Assembly: GCA_017608025.1 (NCBI GenBank)
Contig: JAFCGM010000005.1
Span: 984-64,983, forward strand
DNA: 64,000 nucleotides
From: Candidatus Pacearchaeota archaeon
GTDB taxonomy: Archaea; Nanobdellota; Nanobdellia; UBA10117; JABICX01
Reading direction: 5' to 3'
Below are positions 46,688 through 56,101 of the stretch, in pieces. The notes beneath the pieces were generated by a model that worked only from the letters and a program-made list of their open reading frames with translations, was not told the origin of the DNA and made no database searches. How positions within the stretch are numbered: position 1 is the stretch's first letter; every line of letters begins with the position of its first letter. The translations under genes and the position numbers were made by a program.

Positions 46688-48565
46688 ATGAGTATCTTAG
46701 ACAAAATTCTAGAGAAATTACCAAGAGAGACGCAAATATCCAGCACGAGCTATGAAGGCGCAAACATTATTCTCTACACAAAAAGCAGGAAATTTTTTCT
46801 AAATAGCGGAGACATAATCCGGCAGCTTGTTGATGAATTCAAAAAAAGAATTGAGCTTCGTGCAGATGCAGCAATACGAAAGTCAGAAGAGGATTCTGAA
46901 AAAATTCTCAAAAAACTATTTCCAAAAGATGCTGAAGTCACAAATATTGTATTCCTGCCTTCGCAATCCCAAGTAATAGTTGAAGCGAAAAATCCTGGAA
47001 GAGCAATTGGAAAAGATGGCGAGATATTAAAGGAAATCAAGGAAAAAACATCATGGACACCTTTTATCAAAAGAGAGTCAGTTGTTACTTCAAACATAAC
47101 AAATAACATTCGCAAGGTTCTTTATGAGGACAATGCAGAAAGACAGCGTTTCTTAAATAATGTTGGAAAGCGAATTTATGAAATAAAAAAAGCAACTTCT
47201 TCTGAAAAATGGGTCCGACTTTCAGTTCTTGGCGGAGGTCGTCAAGTAGGACGTTCATGCTTCTTGCTGCAGACACCAGAATCAAAGGTTTTGATTGACT
47301 GCGGAATAAATCCTGCAGCATCAAATTCAGGAGAATTTCCATATCTCACCGCACCAGAGTTAAATCTTCAAGACCTTGATGCTGTAATTGTTTCTCACGC
47401 TCATTTGGACCACTCAGGCTTTGTGCCTTACCTTTTCAAATACGGATACAAAGGTCCGGTTTACTGCACAGAACCAACTCGAGACATTTCATCTCTTTCG
47501 CAGCTTGACTATATTCAAGTAAGCCATGCCCAGACAAAAAAAGCCCCGTATTCCAGCACAGACATAAAAGAGGCAGTAAAGCATACAATTGTTTTGGATT
47601 ACAATGAAGTGACAGATATAACTCCTGATGTTCGAATTACGCTTTACAATGCAGGCCACATTCTTGGCTCTTCTCTTGTCCACCTTCATATTGGCGAAGG
47701 TTGGCACAACATTCTCTATACAGGAGACTTCAAGACAAAGGAAACTCAATTGCTTAATCCAGGGCATTCTGAATTTCCTCGCGTTGAAACTTTAATAACA
47801 GAAAGCACCTATGGAAAGCCGGACGACTTAATGGCTCCGCGCAAGGAATCAGAAAACGAGCTTGCAGAGTTTGTAAAGTCAACAATAAAAAGAAAAGGAA
47901 AAGTTATTATTCCAGTACTTGGAGTTGGCCGTGCGCAAGAAGTTATGATAATTCTTGAAGAAATTTTTAGGAAAAGCAAAATAAATGTTCCAATTTACAT
48001 TGACGGAATGGTTTGGGACATGACTGCAATTCACAATGCCTATCCAGAATATCTAAATAATTCTATTCGCGAGAAAATCTTTTACAAAGACAGAAACCCT
48101 TTTCTTGCAGGGAACTTCAAAAGAGTCGGCTCAGCAAAGGAAAGAAAGCAGGTTATTGATGGAGGCTCTTGCGTTATTTTGGCAACATCGGGTATGCTTG
48201 TTGGAGGTCCGTCAGTTGAATATTTGAAAAAATTAGGTTCAGACAAGAAAAACTCCTTGGTTTTTGTTTCCTATCAGGCAGAAGGCTCTTTGGGAAATAA
48301 CATTCAGAGAGGAGATACATCATTTTCAGAAGACGGCGAAACCTATGAAGTTAATCTTGACATTAACACTGTTCCTGGATTATCAGGACATTCTGATAGA
48401 GAAGAGCTGTTAACTTATGTTCGAAAAATGACTCCAAGGCCGAGAAGAATTATCGTAGTTCATGGAGACAACCAGTCATGCCTAAACCTTGCTTCAGCTT
48501 TCCACAAGGAATTTCACATAGAGACTACAGCACCGAGAAATCTGGATGTTCTTCGGTTACGTTAG
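46688..48565 (+). CDS. KH-domain beta-CASP ribonuclease aCPSF1 (termination factor FttA)
   Basis: Two KH domains, HAHLDH, AGHILGS, GRAQE, SGHSD, VHGD; next to psmB as is usual in archaea. Confidence 0.95.
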   Translation: MSILDKILEKLPRETQISSTSYEGANIILYTKSRKFFLNSGDIIRQLVDEFKKRIELRADAAIRKSEEDSEKILKKLFPKDAEVTNIVFLPSQSQVIVEAKNPGRAIGKDGEILKEIKEKTSWTPFIKRESVVTSNITNNIRKVLYEDNAERQRFLNNVGKRIYEIKKATSSEKWVRLSVLGGGRQVGRSCFLLQTPESKVLIDCGINPAASNSGEFPYLTAPELNLQDLDAVIVSHAHLDHSGFVPYLFKYGYKGPVYCTEPTRDISSLSQLDYIQVSHAQTKKAPYSSTDIKEAVKHTIVLDYNEVTDITPDVRITLYNAGHILGSSLVHLHIGEGWHNILYTGDFKTKETQLLNPGHSEFPRVETLITESTYGKPDDLMAPRKESENELAEFVKSTIKRKGKVIIPVLGVGRAQEVMIILEEIFRKSKINVPIYIDGMVWDMTAIHNAYPEYLNNSIREKIFYKDRNPFLAGNFKRVGSAKERKQVIDGGSCVILATSGMLVGGPSVEYLKKLGSDKKNSLVFVSYQAEGSLGNNIQRGDTSFSEDGETYEVNLDINTVPGLSGHSDREELLTYVRKMTPRPRRIIVVHGDNQSCLNLASAFHKEFHIETTAPRNLDVLRLR

Positions 48566-48649
48566 TTTATTATTTTCCGCCGCCGCTTTTTTGAAAAGGG
48601 GCGTGAGGCCACTGCTCCAAGAAATCTGGATGTGTTGAGGTTGAGATGA
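48527..48649 (+). repeat. aCPSF1 tail, hairpin module, then a synonymously recoded copy of the tail
   Basis: 48527-48565 and 48611-48649 both encode TAPRNLDVLRLR*; the copy is preceded by CGCCGCTTTT-TTG-AAAAGGGGCG. Confidence 0.9.
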
Positions 48650-48905
48650 AAATAGAAAAGAAATACTGGCCAGAATATTTTCAGAAAATTCTTGACAGAG
48701 AGAAAACATTTGATTTAAGATTAGTTGATTTTGATTGTAAAAAGGAGATATTTTAGTTCTCCGAGAATGGAATCCTAAAACCAAAGAATACGCTGGTCGC
48801 ACAATTGAAAAAGAAATAATCTGCATTATTAAAACAAAAGAAGTGCCTTTTTGGTCAAAAGAGGAGATTGAGAAATCTGGCTTTCAAGTAATTGGATTTA
48901 AATAG
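48646..48905 (+). pseudogene. ASCH/DUF3850-domain gene with a 1-nt frameshift
   Basis: MKIEKKYWPEYFQKIL..EKTFDLRL.DFDCK then, one base back, GDILVLREWNPKTKEYAGR...IGFK*; the shift is in the A5 run at 48739-48743. Confidence 0.8.
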
Positions 48906-48907
48906 AA

Positions 48908-49510
48908 TTAAGCATTCAAGTTGTAAATCTTCCAGACAACAGCACTGCAAGGATAAATTTTCTTCAGATTTGTTTTTAGCAGATTTGAGATTTTCTTTGG
49001 ACCTTCAATGCTTAGAATATCTGCAGAAGTTGCTTTTTTTGCATAAGCAGAAACATATTCTTTAGTTACTTTCTGAAGCTTAGAGCTTACACTATGATGA
49101 ATTTTGTTTTTTCCAAGAAGATAAATTTTGAATTTCAATTCTTTTTCATCTTTTGTTTTGACATTAAAAACACATAGTATTCTCTGCTTTTTCCTTCTGT
49201 GAAGTGACTGAATATAGCTGTCAGCAACAAAGAATTTTTTTGCTTCAGTATCAGCAGTTTCACCTTGAACTTTGTTTATTTTTATTACAATTTTGTTGAA
49301 AACATCCCTTCGATTTCCAGAAATCTGGCCAAAGCTTGTCTCAACAGTCCTTCCAATAAGGGCTTTTGGTTCGTTTGCAGGAATCTCTCCAATTTCCTTT
49401 TTATTGAACTGCTCAGAAGCATTTACGATGAACCACTTCTTTTTAGCTTTTTGAGTTCTAGAACCTAATTGCTTTTTTTTGCTAACTTTTTTCTTTTTTC
49501 CTGCTGACAT
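48908..49510 (-). CDS. rps3ae: 30S ribosomal protein eS1 (S3Ae)
   Basis: KKKWF...LIGRTVE...KKIYP; downstream of rps15 as in other archaea. Confidence 0.85.
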   Translation of the reverse strand: MSAGKKKKVSKKKQLGSRTQKAKKKWFIVNASEQFNKKEIGEIPANEPKALIGRTVETSFGQISGNRRDVFNKIVIKINKVQGETADTEAKKFFVADSYIQSLHRRKKQRILCVFNVKTKDEKELKFKIYLLGKNKIHHSVSSKLQKVTKEYVSAYAKKATSADILSIEGPKKISNLLKTNLKKIYPCSAVVWKIYNLNA

Positions 49511-49515
49511 GATAA

Positions 49516-49971
49516 TTAACCTACCAACAACCTTGACCTTTCAGGGTCGTATTTCCATTTTTCTGAAAGCTTTTTGTTTCTTTTGTAGTATTTTTCCAAT
49601 CTTCGGATTTTTGATTCAATTAACTGAAGCCCTCTTTTTGAAACAAGGTCTTTTTTGTTTGTTTCAAGGTGCTTCCTAATTTTGACTGCTTTTCGAATAA
49701 GGGACTGAAGCTCTTCAGGAACATCTCCAGTCAAATTGTTTTCCTTTAGAATTTGCGTGATTTTTTTCTTAGTTCCAATTCTTACATCTGGAACACCATA
49801 ACTATCTCTGAGAATTATCCCTATTTCTGTGCTTGACTTTCCGTCTTTTGCAAGCTTTACAACGAGTTTCTCAATCTCAGCAGCTTTCCGAGTGTTCCAA
49901 GTAGGAACTGTCTTTGAAAGCGGTTTCTTGCTTCCTGATTTTCCCCGTGTTCTTGCATGCATTCGTCCCAT
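49516..49971 (-). CDS. rps15: 30S ribosomal protein uS15
   Basis: [31 protein letters not shown]. Confidence 0.97.
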   Translation of the reverse strand: MGRMHARTRGKSGSKKPLSKTVPTWNTRKAAEIEKLVVKLAKDGKSSTEIGIILRDSYGVPDVRIGTKKKITQILKENNLTGDVPEELQSLIRKAVKIRKHLETNKKDLVSKRGLQLIESKIRRLEKYYKRNKKLSEKWKYDPERSRLLVG

Positions 49972-50165
49972 AGTTCTTTTAGCGAAGAGACTCCGCGCGG
50001 TTGCAAAATCCCTTATGCTTTAAAGGGTTTGCCGCTGAGCGCCTGCAAATTTGTATTAACAGGCAATGGAATCTTTTTATTGATTTGGCTAAAATTTTGA
50101 CTGAGAATTAAAACCGTTAGCTTTAGCATACCGGTCTAACCCCGCCGAAACTTGATTAGCCTACT
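49972..50165 (-). promoter_or_regulatory. Putative ~190-nt structured 5' leader of rps15
   Basis: TTTATAAA at 50184-50191; GC-enriched non-coding stretch with hairpin GCGG-CAAA-CCCTT...AAGGG-ATTTTG-CAA-CCGC. Confidence 0.5.
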
Positions 50166-50380
50166 TTTTGATAAATTAGTTGATTTATAAATGTTTCTGA
50201 TTATCTGAAATATAATCTTTTTAAGATATATTAAACTTCTTGAAGAAGAAATAGCTTGAAAGAAGAAAACAAATTATCAACTTCTTGTTGAAATAAAGCA
50301 AGACTCAATTAATGAAACTGGAGAAATAACTCCTTATGTATATAAGTAAAATATAATAAGAACTTATGCTAATTTTTTGT

Positions 50381-51040
50381 ATGTTTGAATATTCAGTTAG
50401 AAGAAGCAAAAGAGCAAAAAGAGTTTCAATAAAAGTTTCCTCTTCTGCAGAAGTTGAAGTAATAGCTCCGAAGCATGTTCCTGAACGCAGAATTGATTCT
50501 TTTGTTTCTGAAAATTCAAACTGGATTGAAACTCAGCTGCATAAATTCAGCAAATTAAGCAGAAAAAAATTCAATCAAAACATAGAAAAAGAAATCTTCT
50601 TTCTCGGAAGAAAATATCTCACAGAAATTCGAAACTCAAAAAAACAAGGAATTAATTTGGGATATGACAAAGCCATTTTTCATTCAAAAACAGGCTCAAA
50701 AAAAGAATTAAGGGAAATTCTGGAAAAATTCTATCGAAACCAAACTCGAAAAATTGCAGAAAACCTAATTAAGAAAAAAGGATACAAAATAAATCGAATT
50801 TCAGTCCGCGGCCAGAAAACGCGATGGGGCTCTTGCTCAAAAAAAGGAAACCTAAACCTTAACTGGAAGCTTGCTATTGCACCTCTTCCAGTTTTCAATT
50901 ATGTAATTTGCCATGAAATAAGCCATTTAAAGCATTTTAACCACTCAAAGCAATTTTGGAAAGAAGTTGAATCCATCTGCCCAGATTACAAAGACCTGAG
51001 AAGATGGCTCAATAAGAACGGTCTTTTCTTAACAATTTGA
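50381..51040 (+). CDS. YgjP/SprT-like (DUF45) metal-dependent hydrolase
   Basis: RRSKRAK, KTRWGSCS, YVICHEISH, NHSKQFW. Confidence 0.9.
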   Translation: MFEYSVRRSKRAKRVSIKVSSSAEVEVIAPKHVPERRIDSFVSENSNWIETQLHKFSKLSRKKFNQNIEKEIFFLGRKYLTEIRNSKKQGINLGYDKAIFHSKTGSKKELREILEKFYRNQTRKIAENLIKKKGYKINRISVRGQKTRWGSCSKKGNLNLNWKLAIAPLPVFNYVICHEISHLKHFNHSKQFWKEVESICPDYKDLRRWLNKNGLFLTI

Positions 51041-51612
51041 CCCCAATATTTTCCTCGCTTCTCAACTTTTTCCAGTCTCAAAAGAACATCGTCTTGTTTA
51101 TAGGTTTTCAGAAAATTTCTCCATGCTCGGTTTCTGATTTTAAAGTGCTTGCTCTTTAAGCACTCTTTCAAAACATGCAAGTCCACAGCTTTGTCTTCCA
51201 CTTTTTTTGAATATTCTCCAAGCCCGAAATCAATAATATATACTTTTCCTCTTTTTAGAATCATGTTTGATGTTGTTAAGTCTCCATGAACAATATGGTT
51301 TTCATGCATTTTGTTAACTTCTTTTCCGATTTTTCGGAAAATTCGAGGACCATTGTTCTTTAAATAATCAGAAACTTTTTCTCCATTTATAAACTCAATA
51401 CAAAGCTTTGTATCTGAACTTTTAAGCAAGTTTGGAACATGAATTCTGTTTATCCTTGCCCTCTTCAAAAGCCGAGCCTCCGCCTTTGTTCTTGATTTTC
51501 GCAGAAAGCTGTCAATTTCTTTAATTCGGTATTCTTTCTGAATTCGGTCTTTTATAACATGTTTATTTTTTCTGAAAATCTTTGCCTCAGCACCTTCTGA
51601 AATAAGTTCCAT
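50986..51612 (-). CDS. bud32: KEOPS kinase Bud32
   Basis: GAEA, RTKAEA, VHGDLTTSN, IDFGL, DKAVDL. Confidence 0.93.
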   Translation of the reverse strand: MELISEGAEAKIFRKNKHVIKDRIQKEYRIKEIDSFLRKSRTKAEARLLKRARINRIHVPNLLKSSDTKLCIEFINGEKVSDYLKNNGPRIFRKIGKEVNKMHENHIVHGDLTTSNMILKRGKVYIIDFGLGEYSKKVEDKAVDLHVLKECLKSKHFKIRNRAWRNFLKTYKQDDVLLRLEKVEKRGKYWGQIVKKRPFLLSHLLRSL

Positions 51613-52157
51613 TACACAATCACCAAGTAAGTTATAATTATTATTATGTATTTTAAAATTAACCCTGCAGCACTCAAAAAAATTGCTTTTTTAAAAGGAT
51701 ATTTGACCAGTCCGGCAGTCAGCAGCAAAATTGGAGATGACGCTGGCACTAGATTGAAAAGAAAGATTACCCATCCGCCGTATTTGTCAATTTTCTTTTT
51801 TGTTTTTTTATACTTTCTTTCAAAATCAGGGCTTTTCCCTAAAAAACCAATAACTTTGTCACTTAGAAGATATCCGATTCCATAATCAATTATTTGGGCA
51901 GAAACAGCCAGCACAATTGCCAGAACAAAAAGAACAATAAAATTGTAACCTAAAAACAAATAGCCTAAAAAGAGCATTTCAACTGGCAAAGTTATAAAGA
52001 ATAAATAACACATAAACTGAATTATTACAAAAGATTCCAAACTAGGAGTGAGTCCTTGGATAATTTCATTTCCAATTGTTGCGCTGAGAAGGGCTATTGC
52101 TAAGAAAGCAGGAATAATAACACCAAAAAGCCTCCAAAGCCAGTTCTTTTTTCTCAT
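51612..52157 (-). CDS. DedA/VTT-domain membrane protein
   Basis: LPVE, IDYGIGY, KYGGWVIF, AGLVKYPF. Confidence 0.75.
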   Translation of the reverse strand: MRKKNWLWRLFGVIIPAFLAIALLSATIGNEIIQGLTPSLESFVIIQFMCYLFFITLPVEMLFLGYLFLGYNFIVLFVLAIVLAVSAQIIDYGIGYLLSDKVIGFLGKSPDFERKYKKTKKKIDKYGGWVIFLFNLVPASSPILLLTAGLVKYPFKKAIFLSAAGLILKYIIIIITYLVIV

Positions 52158-52252
52158 GAAAATACTTGTATTTTAATTAATAAAACTCTTGCTTATAACT
52201 TTGAGTTAACCTTTTATTATATGTATACTATATTATATATTACGGTGTTGGA

Positions 52253-53167
52253 ATGCGAATAGTAATTGCTCTGGGTGGAAATGCCTTGCTCTCTCCAAAA
52301 AGTAATGCTACTTTCAAAGAGCAGAAGCAGGCAATTGAAAAAACAGCTAACTTGCTCGCAGAAATTGCAAAAAAACATGAAATAATAATAACACATGGAA
52401 ATGGTCCGCAGATTGGAGAAATATATGAGCAGCAAAAAGCGTCAAAAATAAAGAAAACACTTGATGTTTGCGGAGCAGAATCTCAAGGCCAGATTGGCTA
52501 CATGCTTCAGCAGGCTCTGAAAAATGAATTCATAAAAAAAGGTTTGAACAAAAAAATTTCAACAATTATCTCTCAAATACAAGTTATGTCATCAGATTCT
52601 GCATTCCAAAATCCTACAAAGCCAATTGGAAGGTTCTACTCAGTTATGGAAAACATGCTTCTGAAAAAAGAGGAATATATGAAGTACTTCAAAGGCAAAG
52701 GATATAGAAAAGTTGTTCCTTCTCCAAAACCAGTTAAAATTCTTGAACTAAATGAAATTGAATTGCTTCTTGAAAAAAACTTTGTGGTTATTTGCTGCGG
52801 TGGCGGCGGCATTCCAGTAATAAGGAAAAACAAGCAATTTAAAGGTGTAGAAGCAGTTATTGACAAGGATAGAACAGCGTCCCTTCTTGCAAGGAATATT
52901 GGAGCAGACATGCTTGCAATCCTGACAGATGTTGATGCAGTGTATTTGAATTACAAAAAAGCAAATGAAAAAAGAATTTCAGAAATATCTGAAAGAAATC
53001 TGCAAGAGTATTTTATAAGAGGATATTTTGAAGCAGGAAGCATGAAACCAAAAATTGAAGCTGCAATTGATTTTGTTTCAAAAACCAAAAAACCTGCAGT
53101 TATTGCTCATCTTTCAAACATAAAAGACGCAGTTAATCAGAAGAATTGCACGGTGGTGCTTCCATGA
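52253..53167 (+). CDS. arcC: Carbamate kinase
   Basis: ALGGNAL, THGNGPQ, PTKPIG, GGGGIP, EAVIDKD, GSMKPK. Confidence 0.95.
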   Translation: MRIVIALGGNALLSPKSNATFKEQKQAIEKTANLLAEIAKKHEIIITHGNGPQIGEIYEQQKASKIKKTLDVCGAESQGQIGYMLQQALKNEFIKKGLNKKISTIISQIQVMSSDSAFQNPTKPIGRFYSVMENMLLKKEEYMKYFKGKGYRKVVPSPKPVKILELNEIELLLEKNFVVICCGGGGIPVIRKNKQFKGVEAVIDKDRTASLLARNIGADMLAILTDVDAVYLNYKKANEKRISEISERNLQEYFIRGYFEAGSMKPKIEAAIDFVSKTKKPAVIAHLSNIKDAVNQKNCTVVLP

Positions 53168-54060
53168 AACTTTCAGCAAAGCATCTTATTTCTATAAATG
53201 ACTTAACTAAAAAAGATATTGAGTTAATTTTCAAAACTGCTGATAAATTGTATCGAAGAAAACTTTCAGCACTCCGCCAGAAAACTCTCGCAATGATTTT
53301 TGAAAAATCTTCCACTAGGACGCGGATTAGTTTTGAAGTTGCAATGACTCAGCTTGGCGGTCATGCTCTTGATTTGACAACCACCAAACTTCAGGCAAGT
53401 CGGGGCGAGGCAGTTAAGGATACTGCGGCAGTGGTTTCGCGTTATGTTGACGGGATAATGGCGCGGTTGTATTCGCATGAACATCTTCTTGAGATGGCCA
53501 GACATTCATCTGTGCCTGTGATAAACGGACTTACTGATTTTTTGCATCCTTGCCAAGCACTTGCTGATTTGTATACTATTAAAAAAAAGAAAGGTTTGAA
53601 AAATGTAAAATTGGTTTATATCGGAGATGCAAATAATAATGTTTGCCATTCTTTAATGCACTGCTGTCATAAATTAGATGTAAATATGGCGGTTTGCTGT
53701 CCGAAGAAGTATTTGCCTGACGAGCAAATTATGAAGAACACTCACAATTCAATTAAGATTACAGATTCAATTTCTGAAGCGCTGAAAGACGCAGATGTTG
53801 TTTACACAGACACTTGGGTAAGCATGGGTCAGGAAAAAGAAGCTAAGAAGAAAATTGCTGACTTGAAGCCATATCAGGTTAATTCAAAATTAATGCATCT
53901 TGCGAAATCTGATGCGATTTTCATGCACTGCCTTCCTGCACATCGAGGGCAGGAAGTTACAGATAAAGTAATTGATTCTGAAAAATCTGTTGTTTATGAC
54001 CAAGCTGAAAATCGTCTGCATGTTCAAAAAGCGATATTATATTTGCTAATGAAGAAATGA
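53164..54060 (+). CDS. argF: Ornithine carbamoyltransferase
   Basis: STRTR, HPCQ, SMG, HCLP, QAENR. Confidence 0.95.
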   Translation: MKLSAKHLISINDLTKKDIELIFKTADKLYRRKLSALRQKTLAMIFEKSSTRTRISFEVAMTQLGGHALDLTTTKLQASRGEAVKDTAAVVSRYVDGIMARLYSHEHLLEMARHSSVPVINGLTDFLHPCQALADLYTIKKKKGLKNVKLVYIGDANNNVCHSLMHCCHKLDVNMAVCCPKKYLPDEQIMKNTHNSIKITDSISEALKDADVVYTDTWVSMGQEKEAKKKIADLKPYQVNSKLMHLAKSDAIFMHCLPAHRGQEVTDKVIDSEKSVVYDQAENRLHVQKAILYLLMKK

Positions 54061-54129
54061 AAGCGTAACTTTTGATTGCTTTTACTGAATACAAATTTTT
54101 TTAAATGATCCTTATAATCTTAAACTGCA

Positions 54130-54375
54130 ATGAATAATTACATACCTTCAACAACTTTGTTTATTAAAATGTATGATGCAACATTAGGCAAGATTTTTCC
54201 AAGAAAACAACATTTGTCTCTTGATGACCTTGTGGGAAACAATAAGAATAAAGAACTAACTGCTGAACTCATAGCAGAAGCTTGTAATTCTTCTTATTTA
54301 AACAAAGATGGTGCACAAATTCCCTGTTTTCCTCCTAGAAGACATAATGAAACAACAACAAAAACATATTATTAG
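54130..54375 (+). CDS. Hypothetical protein
   Basis: 81-aa ORF with an upstream TATA. Confidence 0.45.
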   Translation: MNNYIPSTTLFIKMYDATLGKIFPRKQHLSLDDLVGNNKNKELTAELIAEACNSSYLNKDGAQIPCFPPRRHNETTTKTYY

Positions 54376-54410
54376 ATAAATTTTTAAGTTAGCATTCTAA
54401 AATAAGTTAT

Positions 54411-55688
54411 ATGAAAACAACCTTTATTCGAGACATTTTGAAAAAATCCAAGGCAGGGAAAACAGTTGAAGTCTGCGGATGGGTTTACAGAAAACGGGAA
54501 ATGAAAGACAAGATATTTCTTGTAATTAGGGATTCAACAGATATTATGCAGGTAATTGTTACAGACAAGTCAGATGCATGGAAATCTGCACAGAAAGTTA
54601 CAATAGAGTCTTCAGTAATAATTTCTGGAACTTTGAAGCAAGACTTTAGAGCACCCACTGGCTATGAACTGAAAGCAGAAAAACTGGAAATAGTAGATCT
54701 TGCAGAAAGATTCCCAATTTCAAAAGATCTTTCAACAGAATTTTTAATGGATGTCCGCCATCTTGCTTTAAGAGGAATTAAGCAGGCAGCAATTATCAAG
54801 CTTAGGTCCCAAATGTTTATGGCATTTCATGAGTATTTTCGAAAAAACAAGTTCATTGAAGCAGAAGCCCCTTCATTCATGTCTCAAGGTTCAGAAGGGG
54901 GCTCAGAAGTTTTTCAGGTAAAATATTTTGGAAAAAAAGCATTCCTAACTCAGTCATGGCAGTTTTATGCAGAGAACATGATTCATGCTTTTGAAAATGT
55001 TTATGCTCTTGCTCCTTCTTTTCGCGCAGAAAAATCCTCAACAAACCGCCACTTAACAGAATACTGGCACCTTGAAGTTGAGTCTGCCTGGGCAAACCTT
55101 AACGACATAATCAACCTTACAGAAGGATGCATATCTGCTGTGATTGACAAACTGCTAAGTGAAAATTCACGAGAGCTGGAGATTGTTGGAGTTGACAAAA
55201 AATGGCTTAATTCACTTAAGCCACCATACAAGAAAATAACATATTCAAAAGCAGTAAAAGAATTGCAGAAAAAAGGATTCAAAATCAAAGAAGGGCAAGA
55301 TTTTGGAGCTCCGCATGAAAAGGAATTGGCAAAAAACGGCCCGATTTTTGTAACCCATTATCCAATGTCAATTCTGAAGTTTTACCATGGAGAAGACCCA
55401 AAAAATCCAGGCTATGGAACAAACTTTAATCTTCTTTTTCCTGAAGTCGGAGAAACAGTTGACGGCTCCCAAAGAGAGCCAGAACTGGAAAAAATAAAAC
55501 AGCGCCTCAAAAAAGCGAAAATAAACCTTGGAAAATCTGACTGGTATCTGGATTCACGGAGATATGGTTCAGTGCCACATGCAGGCTTCGGCCTTGGAAC
55601 AGAGCGCCTTTTGCAGGCTCTTTTGAAACTCGACCACATCCGAGACATTTTGCCATTCCCTAGGTTTATGAACCGAATAAGACCATAA
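54411..55688 (+). CDS. asnS: Asparagine--tRNA ligase
   Basis: OB fold, LTQSWQ, FRAEKSSTNRHLTEYW, RRYGSVPHAGFGLG. Confidence 0.9.
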   Translation: MKTTFIRDILKKSKAGKTVEVCGWVYRKREMKDKIFLVIRDSTDIMQVIVTDKSDAWKSAQKVTIESSVIISGTLKQDFRAPTGYELKAEKLEIVDLAERFPISKDLSTEFLMDVRHLALRGIKQAAIIKLRSQMFMAFHEYFRKNKFIEAEAPSFMSQGSEGGSEVFQVKYFGKKAFLTQSWQFYAENMIHAFENVYALAPSFRAEKSSTNRHLTEYWHLEVESAWANLNDIINLTEGCISAVIDKLLSENSRELEIVGVDKKWLNSLKPPYKKITYSKAVKELQKKGFKIKEGQDFGAPHEKELAKNGPIFVTHYPMSILKFYHGEDPKNPGYGTNFNLLFPEVGETVDGSQREPELEKIKQRLKKAKINLGKSDWYLDSRRYGSVPHAGFGLGTERLLQALLKLDHIRDILPFPRFMNRIRP

Positions 55689-55990
55689 AATATTGTTCTA
55701 ATCTCTTTGAGATTGTTCTTTTGGCAACTTACCTTTTCTTTTGAAGAAAAGGCAGGGGTTTTATGAACCGAATAAGACCATAAAATATTGTTCTAATCTC
55801 TTTGAGATTGTTCTTTTGGCAACTTACAGAAACTTTTTAGAAAAAAGTTTCATCAAAAAATAAATTTGTTTCTTTTTGAAACTTACTTGTTTTTTCTTAG
55901 AAGGCGTAGCCGCCTTAGGCTTTGCCTTAGTGGAGGTTCTTTTTTAAAGAAAGTCCTTTGAAAGAAAAGGGAGTGAGAAAGTGCAGAGTA
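55665..55990. repeat. asnS tail duplication (68 bp) plus hairpin modules up to tRNA-Ser
   Basis: 55665-55732 equals 55760-55827, separated by CTTTTCTT-TTG-AAGAAAAG-GCAGGGGT; further modules are shared with the tRNA-Leu locus. Confidence 0.9.
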
Positions 55991-55991
55991 G

Positions 55992-56075
55992 CGCCGGCAG
56001 CAGGATTTGAACCTGCAAATCCTTTCGGAAACAAGGGTTCGAGCCTTGCGCTCTGCCAGATTAAGCCATGCCGGC
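55992..56075 (-). tRNA. tRNA-Ser(CGA)
   Basis: GCCGGCA/TGCCGGC; CAAGG-CTCGAAC-CCTTG; long variable arm; G73. Confidence 0.93.
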
Positions 56076-56101
56076 ACAAAACATATTTTTTGCGAAATTT
56101 T

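Noticed and set aside
49972-50165. SRP RNA or RNase P RNA
   Set aside because: Neither the SRP helix-8 motif nor the RNase P GAGGAAAGTCC core is seen; too short and AT-rich.
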